From IMG/VR virus record IMGVR_UViG_3300045988_117710: 64,000 nt of DNA; one strand, given 5' to 3'. The notes under the pieces were generated by a model. The model was not told where the DNA came from, ran no database searches, and was given only the letters and a program-made list of their open reading frames with translations. This stretch comes from a virus. Both the position numbers and the translations under genes were made by a program. Below are positions 28,054-36,217 of this stretch, in pieces (the stretch's first letter is position 1; each line of letters begins with the position of its first letter).

Positions 28054-28302
28054 ATGAAGGATTTTAAATTGAAGTGGTACAATTTTCTAGGATTCTTTCG
28101 TTCTGGTTTAGCAAAAGATGTTTTATTAGGATATAGGAAGAGTTCTGGTGAACCTGTTAAGTGTCCTCATTGTAAGTGCAAGAAGTTGGAGACTTATGAG
28201 ACTTTCAGACATGATCAGGGTTTTGTTGAAGAATATTGGGTTAGATGTAGTAAGTGTAAAGAACACGTTGGTACTTGGGCTTACGGATCTTGGATGTTAT
28301 AA
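28054..28302 (+). CDS. zinc-ribbon protein (82 aa)
   Basis: CPHCKCKK...CSKCKEH; track start 27964 is likely over-extended. Confidence 0.45.
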   Translation: MKDFKLKWYNFLGFFRSGLAKDVLLGYRKSSGEPVKCPHCKCKKLETYETFRHDQGFVEEYWVRCSKCKEHVGTWAYGSWML

Positions 28303-28325
28303 GATGCTATAAAGCATCTTTTTAT
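28303..28325 (+). terminator. rho-independent terminator
   Basis: agatgctataaagcatct + TTTTTATTT. Confidence 0.6.
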
Positions 28326-28335
28326 TTCGTATAAT
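28325..28335 (+). promoter_or_regulatory. TTTCGTATAAT promoter-like motif (+ TTTTAGAAGGAG RBS 2 nt downstream)
   Basis: Exact family consensus. Confidence 0.5.
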
Positions 28336-28356
28336 GTTTTAGAAGGAGATGGTTAT

Positions 28357-28842
28357 ATGTATACGAATACTGAGATGTATCAACACGCGAAGTTAGAATT
28401 AGATAAGTTGTTAGAACTTGAGAGAAAGGATAATCTTAAACGTTCTGTAGAAGAGTTAGAGAACGAAGTTGCAATGTTTGATGGCAAGACTCCACAAGAG
28501 TTTATGAATGATGCTATTCTTAATGTTATTGCTTCTATCAATTCAGAAATTAATTCTTATAATTCTATGGATTATTTACTTAATACTGTTTATGATTTAG
28601 TTAAGTTTAGAAATCTTACACCACTTACTTTAGGAGATGAAGAGTGGGTTCATGTTTTAGATGATCCTGATAGAGGAAGTGTTTATCAGAATATTAGAAA
28701 CTTTGCAGTGTTTAAAGATGACAAGAATGGTGTATATCATTCTGATGGACAAGAGATGCTTAATATTGCTTGTGGTAAGTATCCAGAGTCTGGTGAAGTA
28801 ATGGAAGTTTATCAAGATAATGAAGGAGAGTCTAATGAGTAG
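28357..28842 (+). CDS. hypothetical protein (161 aa)
   Basis: GAAGGAG RBS. Confidence 0.6.
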   Translation: MYTNTEMYQHAKLELDKLLELERKDNLKRSVEELENEVAMFDGKTPQEFMNDAILNVIASINSEINSYNSMDYLLNTVYDLVKFRNLTPLTLGDEEWVHVLDDPDRGSVYQNIRNFAVFKDDKNGVYHSDGQEMLNIACGKYPESGEVMEVYQDNEGESNE

Positions 28843-29131
28843 TTTTAATACAGATTGTAAAATCTTTAAGGAGTTCAAGGGTGAACTTCAAGTTGATGGG
28901 ATGAACATATATACTCCAGAAGTGGTTCAATTTCGTCTTTACACTGATCCAAATACTACAGATGGGTATTTGTTCTATGTGTTTCCAATAACTGCAGGAA
29001 TGGCTTTATTTGGGGATTATTTTGTGCTTAATCAGAAGGATTGTGTAGCTGTAATTACTAAGGGTGATATTGAAGATATGTTTAGAGGAACATTTACTCG
29101 TTCAATTACTGCTGACATTTATAATAATTAA
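28835..29131 (+). CDS. hypothetical protein (98 aa)
   Basis: GAAGGAGAG RBS before ATG 28835. Confidence 0.5.
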   Translation: MSSFNTDCKIFKEFKGELQVDGMNIYTPEVVQFRLYTDPNTTDGYLFYVFPITAGMALFGDYFVLNQKDCVAVITKGDIEDMFRGTFTRSITADIYNN

Positions 29132-29168
29132 TCGTATATTAATAGTGAGGAGTGATCCTCACTATTTT
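29130..29168 (+). promoter_or_regulatory. CGTATATTAAT motif fused to hairpin atagtgagg-agtgatc-ctcactat + TTT (twin of element at 41817-41860)
   Basis: Near-identical architecture at two loci; promoter-like motif followed immediately by terminator-like hairpin. Confidence 0.4.
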
Positions 29169-29234
29169 ACTAGTGGTGACACAGTTTATTGTATGTTTAG
29201 TAAGTTCACAGTGATGTGAAAGAGGAGTGATTTT

Positions 29235-29606
29235 ATGTTAGGTAATTTTATTGTAGATTTTTTAAATGATTCTTATACTTTTAGTAGACCACTTTCTAAT
29301 AAGGTTAGTGCTTATAAGAGAGACTATGAAGATAAGATAACTATTATTCAAGAAGCATATGGTGTTTCTGAAGATAATATTTCAGTTGAAGTTGTTAAGG
29401 AATATGGAGCTGCTTTTCTAAAGGTTAAGGGTTCTACTAAGAATGATGTTCTTAATGCAACTTTTGAGTTTAGCAATTCTTTTAGAATTGATCCTGATAC
29501 AATTAAGGAAATTAATTATAAGTCTAAAGATGGACTTCTTTATATAGATTTGGTTAAGAAAGAACCAGAGAAACCATCTATCAAAATTAGTAAGGTAGAA
29601 GAATAG
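29235..29606 (+). CDS. hypothetical protein (123 aa)
   Basis: AAGAGGAG RBS. Confidence 0.6.
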   Translation: MLGNFIVDFLNDSYTFSRPLSNKVSAYKRDYEDKITIIQEAYGVSEDNISVEVVKEYGAAFLKVKGSTKNDVLNATFEFSNSFRIDPDTIKEINYKSKDGLLYIDLVKKEPEKPSIKISKVEE

Positions 29607-29633
29607 AACTAGATGTCACCTCTAGTTCTTTTT
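29606..29633 (+). terminator. rho-independent terminator
   Basis: gaactagatgtcacctctagttc + TTTTTATTT. Confidence 0.65.
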
Positions 29634-29634
29634 A

Positions 29635-29645
29635 TTTCGTATAAT
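29635..29645 (+). promoter_or_regulatory. TTTCGTATAAT promoter-like motif (+ TTTTAGAAGGAAGGAG RBS)
   Basis: Exact family consensus, same spacing to RBS as 28325 copy. Confidence 0.5.
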
Positions 29646-29667
29646 ATTTTAGAAGGAAGGAGTTTTT

Positions 29668-30036
29668 ATGCTTATTTCTAAAGAAAAGTTTGTGAGTATT
29701 ATGAATGAGCTTAAGGCAATGGATGATGCTTCTAATAGATTGTCTGATGCTTTAAGAGATTATGATAGTACTAGTGATTTTGGTGGTTTTAGTAATTTCA
29801 GAGCAATGGATGTTGCTATTGATTTATTAAATATTTTGGTTCAGGATTTTCCTGCAGAGTATGTTGGTTCTACCATTGAGTATTTCATTTATGATTTAGA
29901 ATGGGGAACAGCTTGGACAGAGGAGAGTATTACTGAAGCCGATGGTACTCCTATTAGACTTTCTACTGTTGAGGAGTTATATGATTATTTAGCAGAGAAT
30001 TATAGTGTAGGAGATGGAGATGAATCAGAGTCCTAA
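29668..30036 (+). CDS. hypothetical acidic protein (122 aa)
   Basis: GAAGGAAGGAG RBS. Confidence 0.6.
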   Translation: MLISKEKFVSIMNELKAMDDASNRLSDALRDYDSTSDFGGFSNFRAMDVAIDLLNILVQDFPAEYVGSTIEYFIYDLEWGTAWTEESITEADGTPIRLSTVEELYDYLAENYSVGDGDESES

Positions 30037-30241
30037 GTATTTAGTTTATGTTACACAACAGGGTGTAACAGTTCTTGTTTCTTATGATGATATTCAAAGT
30101 CTGATGAAAGGTCAAGATATTCGTGTTGGTAATTCAGATGAGAGATATTATCTAACTATTATTACTTTTAAGAATGGTGTACAAGAACAACAAGCAGTGT
30201 CAGAATCTCAATGGAGATTTTGGGAAGAGGAGAATCGTTGA
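30020..30241 (+). CDS. hypothetical protein (73 aa)
   Basis: GGAGATGGAG RBS-like, overlaps neighbours. Confidence 0.4.
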   Translation: MNQSPKYLVYVTQQGVTVLVSYDDIQSLMKGQDIRVGNSDERYYLTIITFKNGVQEQQAVSESQWRFWEEENR

Positions 30242-30459
30242 TGTTTGATGTTTCTAATGTTATAATAATGTTGTTATGTGTTTATTATCAAGAAGGTAAA
30301 AAGTTGGGTGAGATAGTAGATATTGGAGGAGCAAAGTTTAGGTTAGTTTTATCTGACCAACCTGTTGAGGAAGAACCTGGTGTTTCACTTTTCAGAATTG
30401 GTCCTGTGTCTACTATTGTTAAGTATTTCGAAGGATTGAATGATAATGGAGAAGTTTAA
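30241..30459 (+). CDS. hypothetical protein (72 aa)
   Basis: GAAGAGGAG RBS; ATGA overlap with previous stop. Confidence 0.4.
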   Translation: MFDVSNVIIMLLCVYYQEGKKLGEIVDIGGAKFRLVLSDQPVEEEPGVSLFRIGPVSTIVKYFEGLNDNGEV

Positions 30460-31243
30460 GTTTTTTGTAGTTTCTGATGTTCATGGACATTACTCGGAAT
30501 TACGTAGAGCTCTTAAGAGAGCAGGATTTAAGGTTACTGAACCTAGTCATAAGTTGGTTGTGGTTGGTGATTCTTTCGATCGTGGTAGTGAGTCTTATGA
30601 ATTGTATAAGTGGCTTTCTAAACTTATTAAGAAGGGGAAAGCAATTGTGTTGCGAGGTAATCATACCTATTTCTTTGAGTCTGTTCTTAATAAGACAGAG
30701 CGAGGATTTAATTTCCAACACAATGGTTTAGATAAGACAATAGATAGTTTTATGCATCAGACTAGAGCATTTGAGATGTTTCTATTGTTTAATAATTTAG
30801 AGTATAATCAAGAGAGTTTTGATAAGTTTATTTCTTATGTTTCTGATTCTATTCAGAAGGAGTTTCCTACTATTAAGGAAGAAATTGAAGCTCTACCAGA
30901 TTATTTCGAGACTCAGAATTATATTTTTACTCATGGGATCATATTCAATAATCAGGATTTCAGAAATACTCCTACGAGTTATTGGAGGAAAGAGAATCAT
31001 TGGGCAAAGCCAGAAGATTATGCAACTGGTTATTGGAATATGACTGGGAAGACTATTGTTGTAGGTCATTTGGATACTGAAACTATTAAGAGAGCTTTGA
31101 AGAGAAGAGAGCATCTAGAGTTAGTTCAGGATAGGCCTTATCATACTTTGTATGTTAAACAGTTTGATACTTTCTTTTTGGATGGTTGTACTATTTTAAC
31201 AAAGAGAATAAATGTATTGATTGTTGAAGATTTTATGGTATAA
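30440..31243 (+). CDS. PPP-family metallophosphatase (lambda-phosphatase / ApaH-like Ser/Thr phosphatase), 267 aa
   Basis: Motifs VVSDVHGH, VVVGDSFDRG (GDxxDRG), LRGNHT (GNHE-like). Confidence 0.65.
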   Translation: MIMEKFKFFVVSDVHGHYSELRRALKRAGFKVTEPSHKLVVVGDSFDRGSESYELYKWLSKLIKKGKAIVLRGNHTYFFESVLNKTERGFNFQHNGLDKTIDSFMHQTRAFEMFLLFNNLEYNQESFDKFISYVSDSIQKEFPTIKEEIEALPDYFETQNYIFTHGIIFNNQDFRNTPTSYWRKENHWAKPEDYATGYWNMTGKTIVVGHLDTETIKRALKRREHLELVQDRPYHTLYVKQFDTFFLDGCTILTKRINVLIVEDFMV

Positions 31244-31258
31244 TGTAAATATACTTCG

Positions 31259-31275
31259 TATATAATATTAGTAGC
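31259..31275 (+). promoter_or_regulatory. ACTTCGTATATAATATT promoter-like motif heading ORF-free region
   Basis: Family motif 15 nt after stop of 30440 gene. Confidence 0.45.
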
Positions 31276-31660
31276 ATATGTTAGTTCCTTTTTAGTCTTA
31301 CTGGTCAAGAACTTACTAACCGCTACAAACATTACCTCTTAATGTAGAAGCTACTGCAAAAGAATGTTCCTTGTAGCAAATGTTAGCTGGGTTTACCCGG
31401 CGTATCAGTCCTTCGGGACAAGAATTACTGAAGTCCTATTATTCAATGAGGGAAGTCTAATAGGTTGGAGCTATTGAGAGTTCTGTAATCTTTGGGTTAC
31501 ATTCCGCAAGACCTTATTCTACTAATTCTGTTTTTGATTCAGCAAATGAGTGTTCCTTTTATGGAAAATGAAATGGGTTCAATGTCATTACACTCCGCTG
31601 AAGTTTATTTTGAACTTCCTATTGGAAGATGCTTACAACTACATTACGAAGTATTGTTAA
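31276..31660 (+). ncRNA. candidate structured non-coding RNA (about 385 nt) between promoter-like motif and terminator
   Basis: No ORF of 60 aa or more on the + strand in about 520 bp (one overlapping minus-strand ORF, 31141-31332, judged spurious) in an otherwise gene-dense genome; GC about 40% vs about 31%; C(UUCG)G tetraloop hairpin cagtccttcgggac; internal direct repeats tagcatatgttag / tagcaaatgttag. Confidence 0.35.
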
Positions 31661-31663
31661 GGC

Positions 31664-31687
31664 ACACTTAGGTGTGTCTTTTTCGTA
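31664..31687 (+). terminator. putative terminator (cacac-ttag-gtgtg + TCTTTTT)
   Basis: Short stem + T-run. Confidence 0.4.
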
Positions 31688-31691
31688 TAAT
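31681..31691 (+). promoter_or_regulatory. TTTCGTATAAT promoter-like motif
   Basis: Exact consensus; followed by TTTAGAAAGGA RBS-like remnant without ORF. Confidence 0.45.
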
Positions 31692-31714
31692 AATTTAGAA
31701 AGGAATCTAAAGTG

Positions 31715-31743
31715 TTGACTTTTATTTTCCTTTATTATATAAT
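31715..31743 (+). promoter_or_regulatory. sigma-A-type promoter TTGACT-17-TATAAT
   Basis: Perfect -35/-10 hexamers, 17-nt spacer, about 25 nt upstream of gene 31771. Confidence 0.6.
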
Positions 31744-31770
31744 TAACTTATCATTAGAGAGGTGAATGTT

Positions 31771-32082
31771 ATGAGAAAGTTAATGAGCAATGAGGATTGT
31801 ACATACTTATATGATAGGGAGAGTAAGTTATTATATGTTTCTTTATCATTTGAGGATCTTACTAATTTAGATACTTGTGAGGATTATTTTGTGGTTGATG
31901 TTTATAACTATACTGATGGTCCTGATGCTATTTCTGAATTAGTACATTTTTGTAAGGGTTTGGATAGTGTTGAAGATAGATATGAGTCTATTAGAAGTGT
32001 GTATGGTTCTGAAGTTGATGAATCCACTGGGCAAGAGATTGTTGGTGGAAATATTTGTATAGAGGATGTGGATTTTATATGA
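31771..32082 (+). CDS. hypothetical acidic protein (103 aa)
   Basis: AGAGAGGTGA RBS. Confidence 0.55.
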   Translation: MRKLMSNEDCTYLYDRESKLLYVSLSFEDLTNLDTCEDYFVVDVYNYTDGPDAISELVHFCKGLDSVEDRYESIRSVYGSEVDESTGQEIVGGNICIEDVDFI

Positions 32083-33431
32083 TGACTATTGGTCAAAAGT
32101 TAGAAGATCTTATTAAAGCTTGTCAGGATTATCAGGTTACTCCTATTCCTACAAAGACTAATAAGAAGGATCAGTTTTTATCACCATTTGATGTTCCTGG
32201 TAAGACTGTTTCCAAAGATGATTGTGTTAAAGTTTTACAACAATATTTTATCAACAAGTATAAGTCTGAAGGTAAGGATACTTCTAGTGTAGAGTTTCTT
32301 ATCAATAATGATTTTTCACCTATGCTTGCTGCTAAACTGTCTGATTGTAAGATGACTCAAGAGGATGTTTTCAACTTAGATGAGAATAATTATATAGCTC
32401 AAACGAAGTTAGATGGTAATAGAATTCTTATTTATAAGAGTGCAAACTCTGATGAGTTACATTTCTATAGTAGAAACTTATCAGTTGTTGATTATCTTCC
32501 TATTGATTATAAGGATAACATTTATACTAATGTAGATTTTAGTAAACTTAAAGGTATTTCATTTATGGTGGATTGTGAGTTAGTGGTTTCTCAAGTTCCT
32601 GATAATGTTATTTTGGAATCTTATGGTTTACCTGTTGATACTACTCAACTTAATTTAACTACAGCTTTATTAAGTACTGAATCTGGTACTGAAGAGTTTC
32701 AAAAGTTATATCCACTTAAGTTCTGGTTATTTGATGTTATTATGAAGGATGGTGTAAGTTATTTAGATGAACCTTTATATAAACGTCAAATTGTTGTTAA
32801 TGAGATGAATGCTTTATTAGTTGAAGCTGGATTACTTATAGAGCAACCACTTAATAATAGAAAGCTTGGTTTATCTATTCGTGACTTTCATAAGAAGATG
32901 TTAATGAATAATGAAGAGGGTTCTATTGTTAAGAGATTGGATGCAACTTATTGTACTAATGGTACTCGTTCTCATAAGGCATGGATTAAACTTAAGAGAA
33001 CTGCTACTGAGTCTTTAGTTGAACAAGGTCTTGGTGATACTATTGATGCATTTATTACTGGGTATGAGAATAAGAAGGATTCAAGCTACAATTCTTGGAG
33101 AGTTGGTTCTATTGAATTGAGTGTTTATTTAACTGATGATAATGATAACTATATTTGTGATGAGAATGGTTATCCTATTAGTAAGGTTATTGCTTATGTA
33201 GGTGGTCTTACTGATGAAGATGCGAAGAATCTATCAATACCGGATGTTAACAATCCTGGTATGTGTTGTTTAGATCCTATGTCATATGGTCGTGTTTATG
33301 AAGTTACTGGACAAGATATTAGTCCTAAATCCAATACTTTAATGCATGCTAAGATTATTAGAGAACGTTTCGATAAACAATCTTCTGATTGTAAGTTGAG
33401 AAAATCTTTTATCGAGAGTCAAGTTATGTAG
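32079..33431 (+). CDS. ATP-dependent DNA ligase (about 450 aa)
   Basis: Motif I AQTKLDGNRILIY (KxDGxR); size and downstream OB-like region consistent; ATGATGA overlap with previous stop. Confidence 0.7.
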   Translation: MMTIGQKLEDLIKACQDYQVTPIPTKTNKKDQFLSPFDVPGKTVSKDDCVKVLQQYFINKYKSEGKDTSSVEFLINNDFSPMLAAKLSDCKMTQEDVFNLDENNYIAQTKLDGNRILIYKSANSDELHFYSRNLSVVDYLPIDYKDNIYTNVDFSKLKGISFMVDCELVVSQVPDNVILESYGLPVDTTQLNLTTALLSTESGTEEFQKLYPLKFWLFDVIMKDGVSYLDEPLYKRQIVVNEMNALLVEAGLLIEQPLNNRKLGLSIRDFHKKMLMNNEEGSIVKRLDATYCTNGTRSHKAWIKLKRTATESLVEQGLGDTIDAFITGYENKKDSSYNSWRVGSIELSVYLTDDNDNYICDENGYPISKVIAYVGGLTDEDAKNLSIPDVNNPGMCCLDPMSYGRVYEVTGQDISPKSNTLMHAKIIRERFDKQSSDCKLRKSFIESQVM

Positions 33432-33456
33432 AGGATGAAAATCCTCTCTTTTCTTT
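33430..33456 (+). terminator. rho-independent terminator
   Basis: agaggat-gaaa-atcctct + CTTTTCTTT. Confidence 0.6.
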
Positions 33457-33466
33457 CGTATAAGTA
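33454..33466 (+). promoter_or_regulatory. TTTCGTATAAGTATAT promoter-like motif
   Basis: Family motif; precedes about 200-nt leader. Confidence 0.45.
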
Positions 33467-33665
33467 TATAGGTGTTACAAACCTAGATATCGGTTGGTCC
33501 TATTAATACTAATACTAACAATCAAAACATTAATTTTAATAAGGATATTATTAAACAAGAGAAAGACAATATTTAGAGGGTACAGATTATCAAGAGAGTA
33601 AAATATAATTTAGATGGTAACGATTATTTAAACTTTAAGAAATTTTAATTAAGAGGTGATACAAT

Positions 33666-34724
33666 TTGAGAGTTAAAGTTAAAGATTTTAATTGTATTCG
33701 AGAAGCTGAGTTTCAGTTCTTACCTGGATTAACTGTATTACAAGGTGAATCCAATGGTGGGAAGAGTTCAGTGTTCAGAGCGATTGAGAATACAATATTT
33801 AATCAGTCTGGGACAGCAAATGTTCAGCATGGTAAGCAGTTTTACTTGGTAGGGATTGAGAATAATGGTCATAAGGTTGTATTCAAGAAGGGTAAAGCTG
33901 GTGGAGTGTATAAGGTTGATGATGTAGAGTATTCTAAAGTTGGAGTCGGACAGGTGGAACAAGTAGCAGACGCTCTTGGGATCCGAGAAACTGTGCTTGC
34001 GGGAGAGAAGATTCGATTGAACTTCTGGAGTCAGATGGGATATCCGTTCTTGCTTGATAGAAGTCCGGGGCAGTTATACAAGTTTATTGTAGACAGCAGT
34101 GAATCGGAGTCGCTTTCAAGCGTTCTGAAGGACATCGCTAAGGACATCAAGGACACCAATGCGAGTATCGTGGCGAACGATAGTAAGTTAGATCTTCTTC
34201 ATTCACAACTTACTACGACCGAGGAGAGACTTCGTGATGCGGAGAAGACTGAGGAAACTTGTAAAGCGATTATAGCGATGGATTCTGAATACAATTTCAT
34301 TAATTCATTGGATTCAGAGATTCAAGCGTTCAATCGTGTATCTACTAATCTTGGAGAGCTTCAAGCTTCTCTGATAACTATTCCGAACCTAGATACTTCA
34401 ACTTTAGATGTGGCTTATCAAGATTATCAAGTTGTTCCTGTGGTAGAGGAGTATCAGAAGAAGTCCCAAGAACTTCATTCTGCTGAGGAGTCTCTATCAC
34501 AAATCAATTCCAAGATTGAAATCATTCAGGATATAGATGATGTTGATATTAGTGTTCTTAATACCATTCAGTCTGCTATTAATGAATATAATTCAGTTAT
34601 GTATGAATTATCCAATGAACACTCTAGATTGGGTGAGTTGGATCTTATGATTGAGCAGTGCAGGGAAGAGTTGAAAGAATTCAAAGTTTGTCCTCTATGT
34701 GGAGGAGAGATTCATGAGGGTTAG
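33666..34724 (+). CDS. SbcC/Rad50-like ATPase, N-terminal head (Walker A) + coiled coil + CxxC zinc hook (fragment 1 of a split gene), 352 aa
   Basis: AAGAGGTGA RBS, TTG start; FLPGLTVLQGESNGGKSSVFRAI Walker A; coiled coil; terminal VCPLCGGEIHEG hook-like CxxC. Confidence 0.65.
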   Translation: MRVKVKDFNCIREAEFQFLPGLTVLQGESNGGKSSVFRAIENTIFNQSGTANVQHGKQFYLVGIENNGHKVVFKKGKAGGVYKVDDVEYSKVGVGQVEQVADALGIRETVLAGEKIRLNFWSQMGYPFLLDRSPGQLYKFIVDSSESESLSSVLKDIAKDIKDTNASIVANDSKLDLLHSQLTTTEERLRDAEKTEETCKAIIAMDSEYNFINSLDSEIQAFNRVSTNLGELQASLITIPNLDTSTLDVAYQDYQVVPVVEEYQKKSQELHSAEESLSQINSKIEIIQDIDDVDISVLNTIQSAINEYNSVMYELSNEHSRLGELDLMIEQCREELKEFKVCPLCGGEIHEG

Positions 34725-35031
34725 TACACATGGGAAGAAGAGAATGAGAGAACGAGTTCAATCTTCCCTAACTAATCGAAATGTTAATTCTCTGTTCAAG
34801 ACAGCTTTACATAAGGGTTATACTCCGAAAGCATTTATTGATGGTGACTTCAAGAAGTATTTGATGGCACATTCGAAGAAGAATTCAGTTAAGGTTTTCC
34901 AAGACCATATGTACTTATATAATGGTTCAAGAAAGATTTTGTACACAGTGTGGAAGGTTCCTAACCAATTTCTACCTGTGGAACAGTTTCTGAAGAGAAA
35001 CCAACCGAATCCTAATCAATTAAGTAAATAG
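34714..35031 (+). CDS. basic hypothetical protein (105 aa) interrupting the SbcC-like reading frames
   Basis: GGAGGAGAG RBS; Lys/Arg-rich; no nuclease motif recognised. Confidence 0.45.
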   Translation: MRVSTHGKKRMRERVQSSLTNRNVNSLFKTALHKGYTPKAFIDGDFKKYLMAHSKKNSVKVFQDHMYLYNGSRKILYTVWKVPNQFLPVEQFLKRNQPNPNQLSK

Positions 35032-35061
35032 TTTCGTAATTTCAAATGAGAGGTGATTTTA

Positions 35062-35310
35062 ATGAGTAATGATGAATTAGTTACTAGGTATAATAATATT
35101 AAGAGAAAGCAACAAGATTTCGAGAATCAGAAGATTCAAGTGGAGACTTCTATTAATATTAAGAAGACTGAGCTTGAAGCTGTGAAGACAAGATTACAAG
35201 AGTTAGGAGTTACTGATTTTGACAATCTAGATGCTTTTATTCAAGCGAAGAGAGAACAATTTGATAAGACTTTACAAGAGTTGGAGGCGAGGTTGAATGG
35301 TTCAGTATAG
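35062..35310 (+). CDS. coiled-coil protein (82 aa), probable SbcC-like coiled-coil fragment
   Basis: GAGAGGTGA RBS; continuous heptad-like sequence. Confidence 0.45.
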   Translation: MSNDELVTRYNNIKRKQQDFENQKIQVETSINIKKTELEAVKTRLQELGVTDFDNLDAFIQAKREQFDKTLQELEARLNGSV

Positions 35311-35938
35311 TCAACTTAAGTCTGTTGCTGTTTCAAAGCTTTCAGAGATTAATGTGTTCAGAGAGCAGAGAAACAATTTCATCCTATCTATTGAGGATGT
35401 TACTAAGGATAATGATAGATTGAAGGAGCAAATCAATCTTCTTACTGAGTCTTTAGAAGTAGTTAAGGTTTGTATTAATAAGTTGTCTGAAGGACATATA
35501 TCTCATTTACAAGAGCTTGTTAATAGTATGCTTAATACTGTGTTCTATGATAAGAAGTATTCTATTGATATGCAACTTAATGATACAAAGAATGGTAAGG
35601 TTTTAGATTTATTCCTTATTGATTCTACTCTATCTGATGAGGATCCTGTTGTTACAGAGCTTTCTTCTAATGGTGGAGGTTTACAAACTGTTGTAGGGTT
35701 TGTACTTCAGATTTATTTCATTATTTATTTTAAGCAAGAGAGAATTCTATTCTTGGATGAAGCTTTGTCTGCTGTTTCTTCAGAGTATATTCCTACTCTA
35801 GTGGATTTTATGCGAGGGTTAGTAGACAAGTATCAATTTAAGTTTGTAGCAATATTCCATGATACTAGATTTTCTGAATATGCTGATACAATTTATCAAG
35901 TGTCTAATGGCACTGCCAAGTTGGTTACACAGGAGTGA
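35297..35938 (+). CDS. SbcC/Rad50-like ATPase C-terminal head (signature, Walker B, D-loop), 213 aa
   Basis: LSSNGGGLQTVVGF (ABC signature), RILFLDEALSAVS (Walker B/D-loop), FHDTRF H-loop-like. Confidence 0.65.
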   Translation: MVQYSQLKSVAVSKLSEINVFREQRNNFILSIEDVTKDNDRLKEQINLLTESLEVVKVCINKLSEGHISHLQELVNSMLNTVFYDKKYSIDMQLNDTKNGKVLDLFLIDSTLSDEDPVVTELSSNGGGLQTVVGFVLQIYFIIYFKQERILFLDEALSAVSSEYIPTLVDFMRGLVDKYQFKFVAIFHDTRFSEYADTIYQVSNGTAKLVTQE

Positions 35939-35945
35939 TGATTCC

Positions 35946-35977
35946 AAACACCGAATTAGTGATAATTTGGTGTTTTT
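35946..35977 (+). terminator. rho-independent terminator
   Basis: aaacacc...ggtgttt hairpin + TTATTT. Confidence 0.5.
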
Positions 35978-35978
35978 A

Positions 35979-35990
35979 TTTCGTATAACT
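35979..35990 (+). promoter_or_regulatory. TTTCGTATAACT promoter-like motif
   Basis: Family motif; followed by about 225-nt GC-richer leader. Confidence 0.45.
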
Positions 35991-36217
35991 TATTAGAGTA
36001 TACTACTCTACGATGTCCCAAGTCCAAAAGATAATGACTCGTTGATTGGTTTGGAGTATACCAGTCAAGATAAAACTTGTTCAATCGGTAAGCAGCCAGT
36101 TTGGAGGTAAAGTCTTTGTAACACCTTTCCTCTGTGGAAATTGTTGCTGATGATGTCTAGAAACAAATACTCCATTCTAATTTGTTATTAGATTTTTTTC
36201 AAGAAGGAGGTTATTAT

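Noticed and set aside
28325-28335. Treating TTTCGTATAAT as a canonical extended -10 (TGnTATAAT) promoter
   Set aside because: Positions -15 to -13 read T-C-G, so the conserved G is at -13, not -14. The motif is a distinct conserved element rather than the textbook extended -10. It is kept as promoter-like with moderate confidence only.
30440-31243. Interpreting the metallophosphatase as the missing SbcD/Mre11 partner of the split SbcC
   Set aside because: Motif II is GDSFDRG (the PPP-family GDxxDRG signature of lambda-phosphatase/ApaH) rather than Mre11's GDLFD, and it is separated from the SbcC fragments by the ligase gene.
31244-31761. tRNA genes in the large ORF-free region (and elsewhere)
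   Set aside because: No cloverleaf could be built. No GTTCGAATC / GTTCAAATC T-loop with complementary T-stem and acceptor stem. 'gggttcaatgtcatt' at about 31572 lacks a paired stem.
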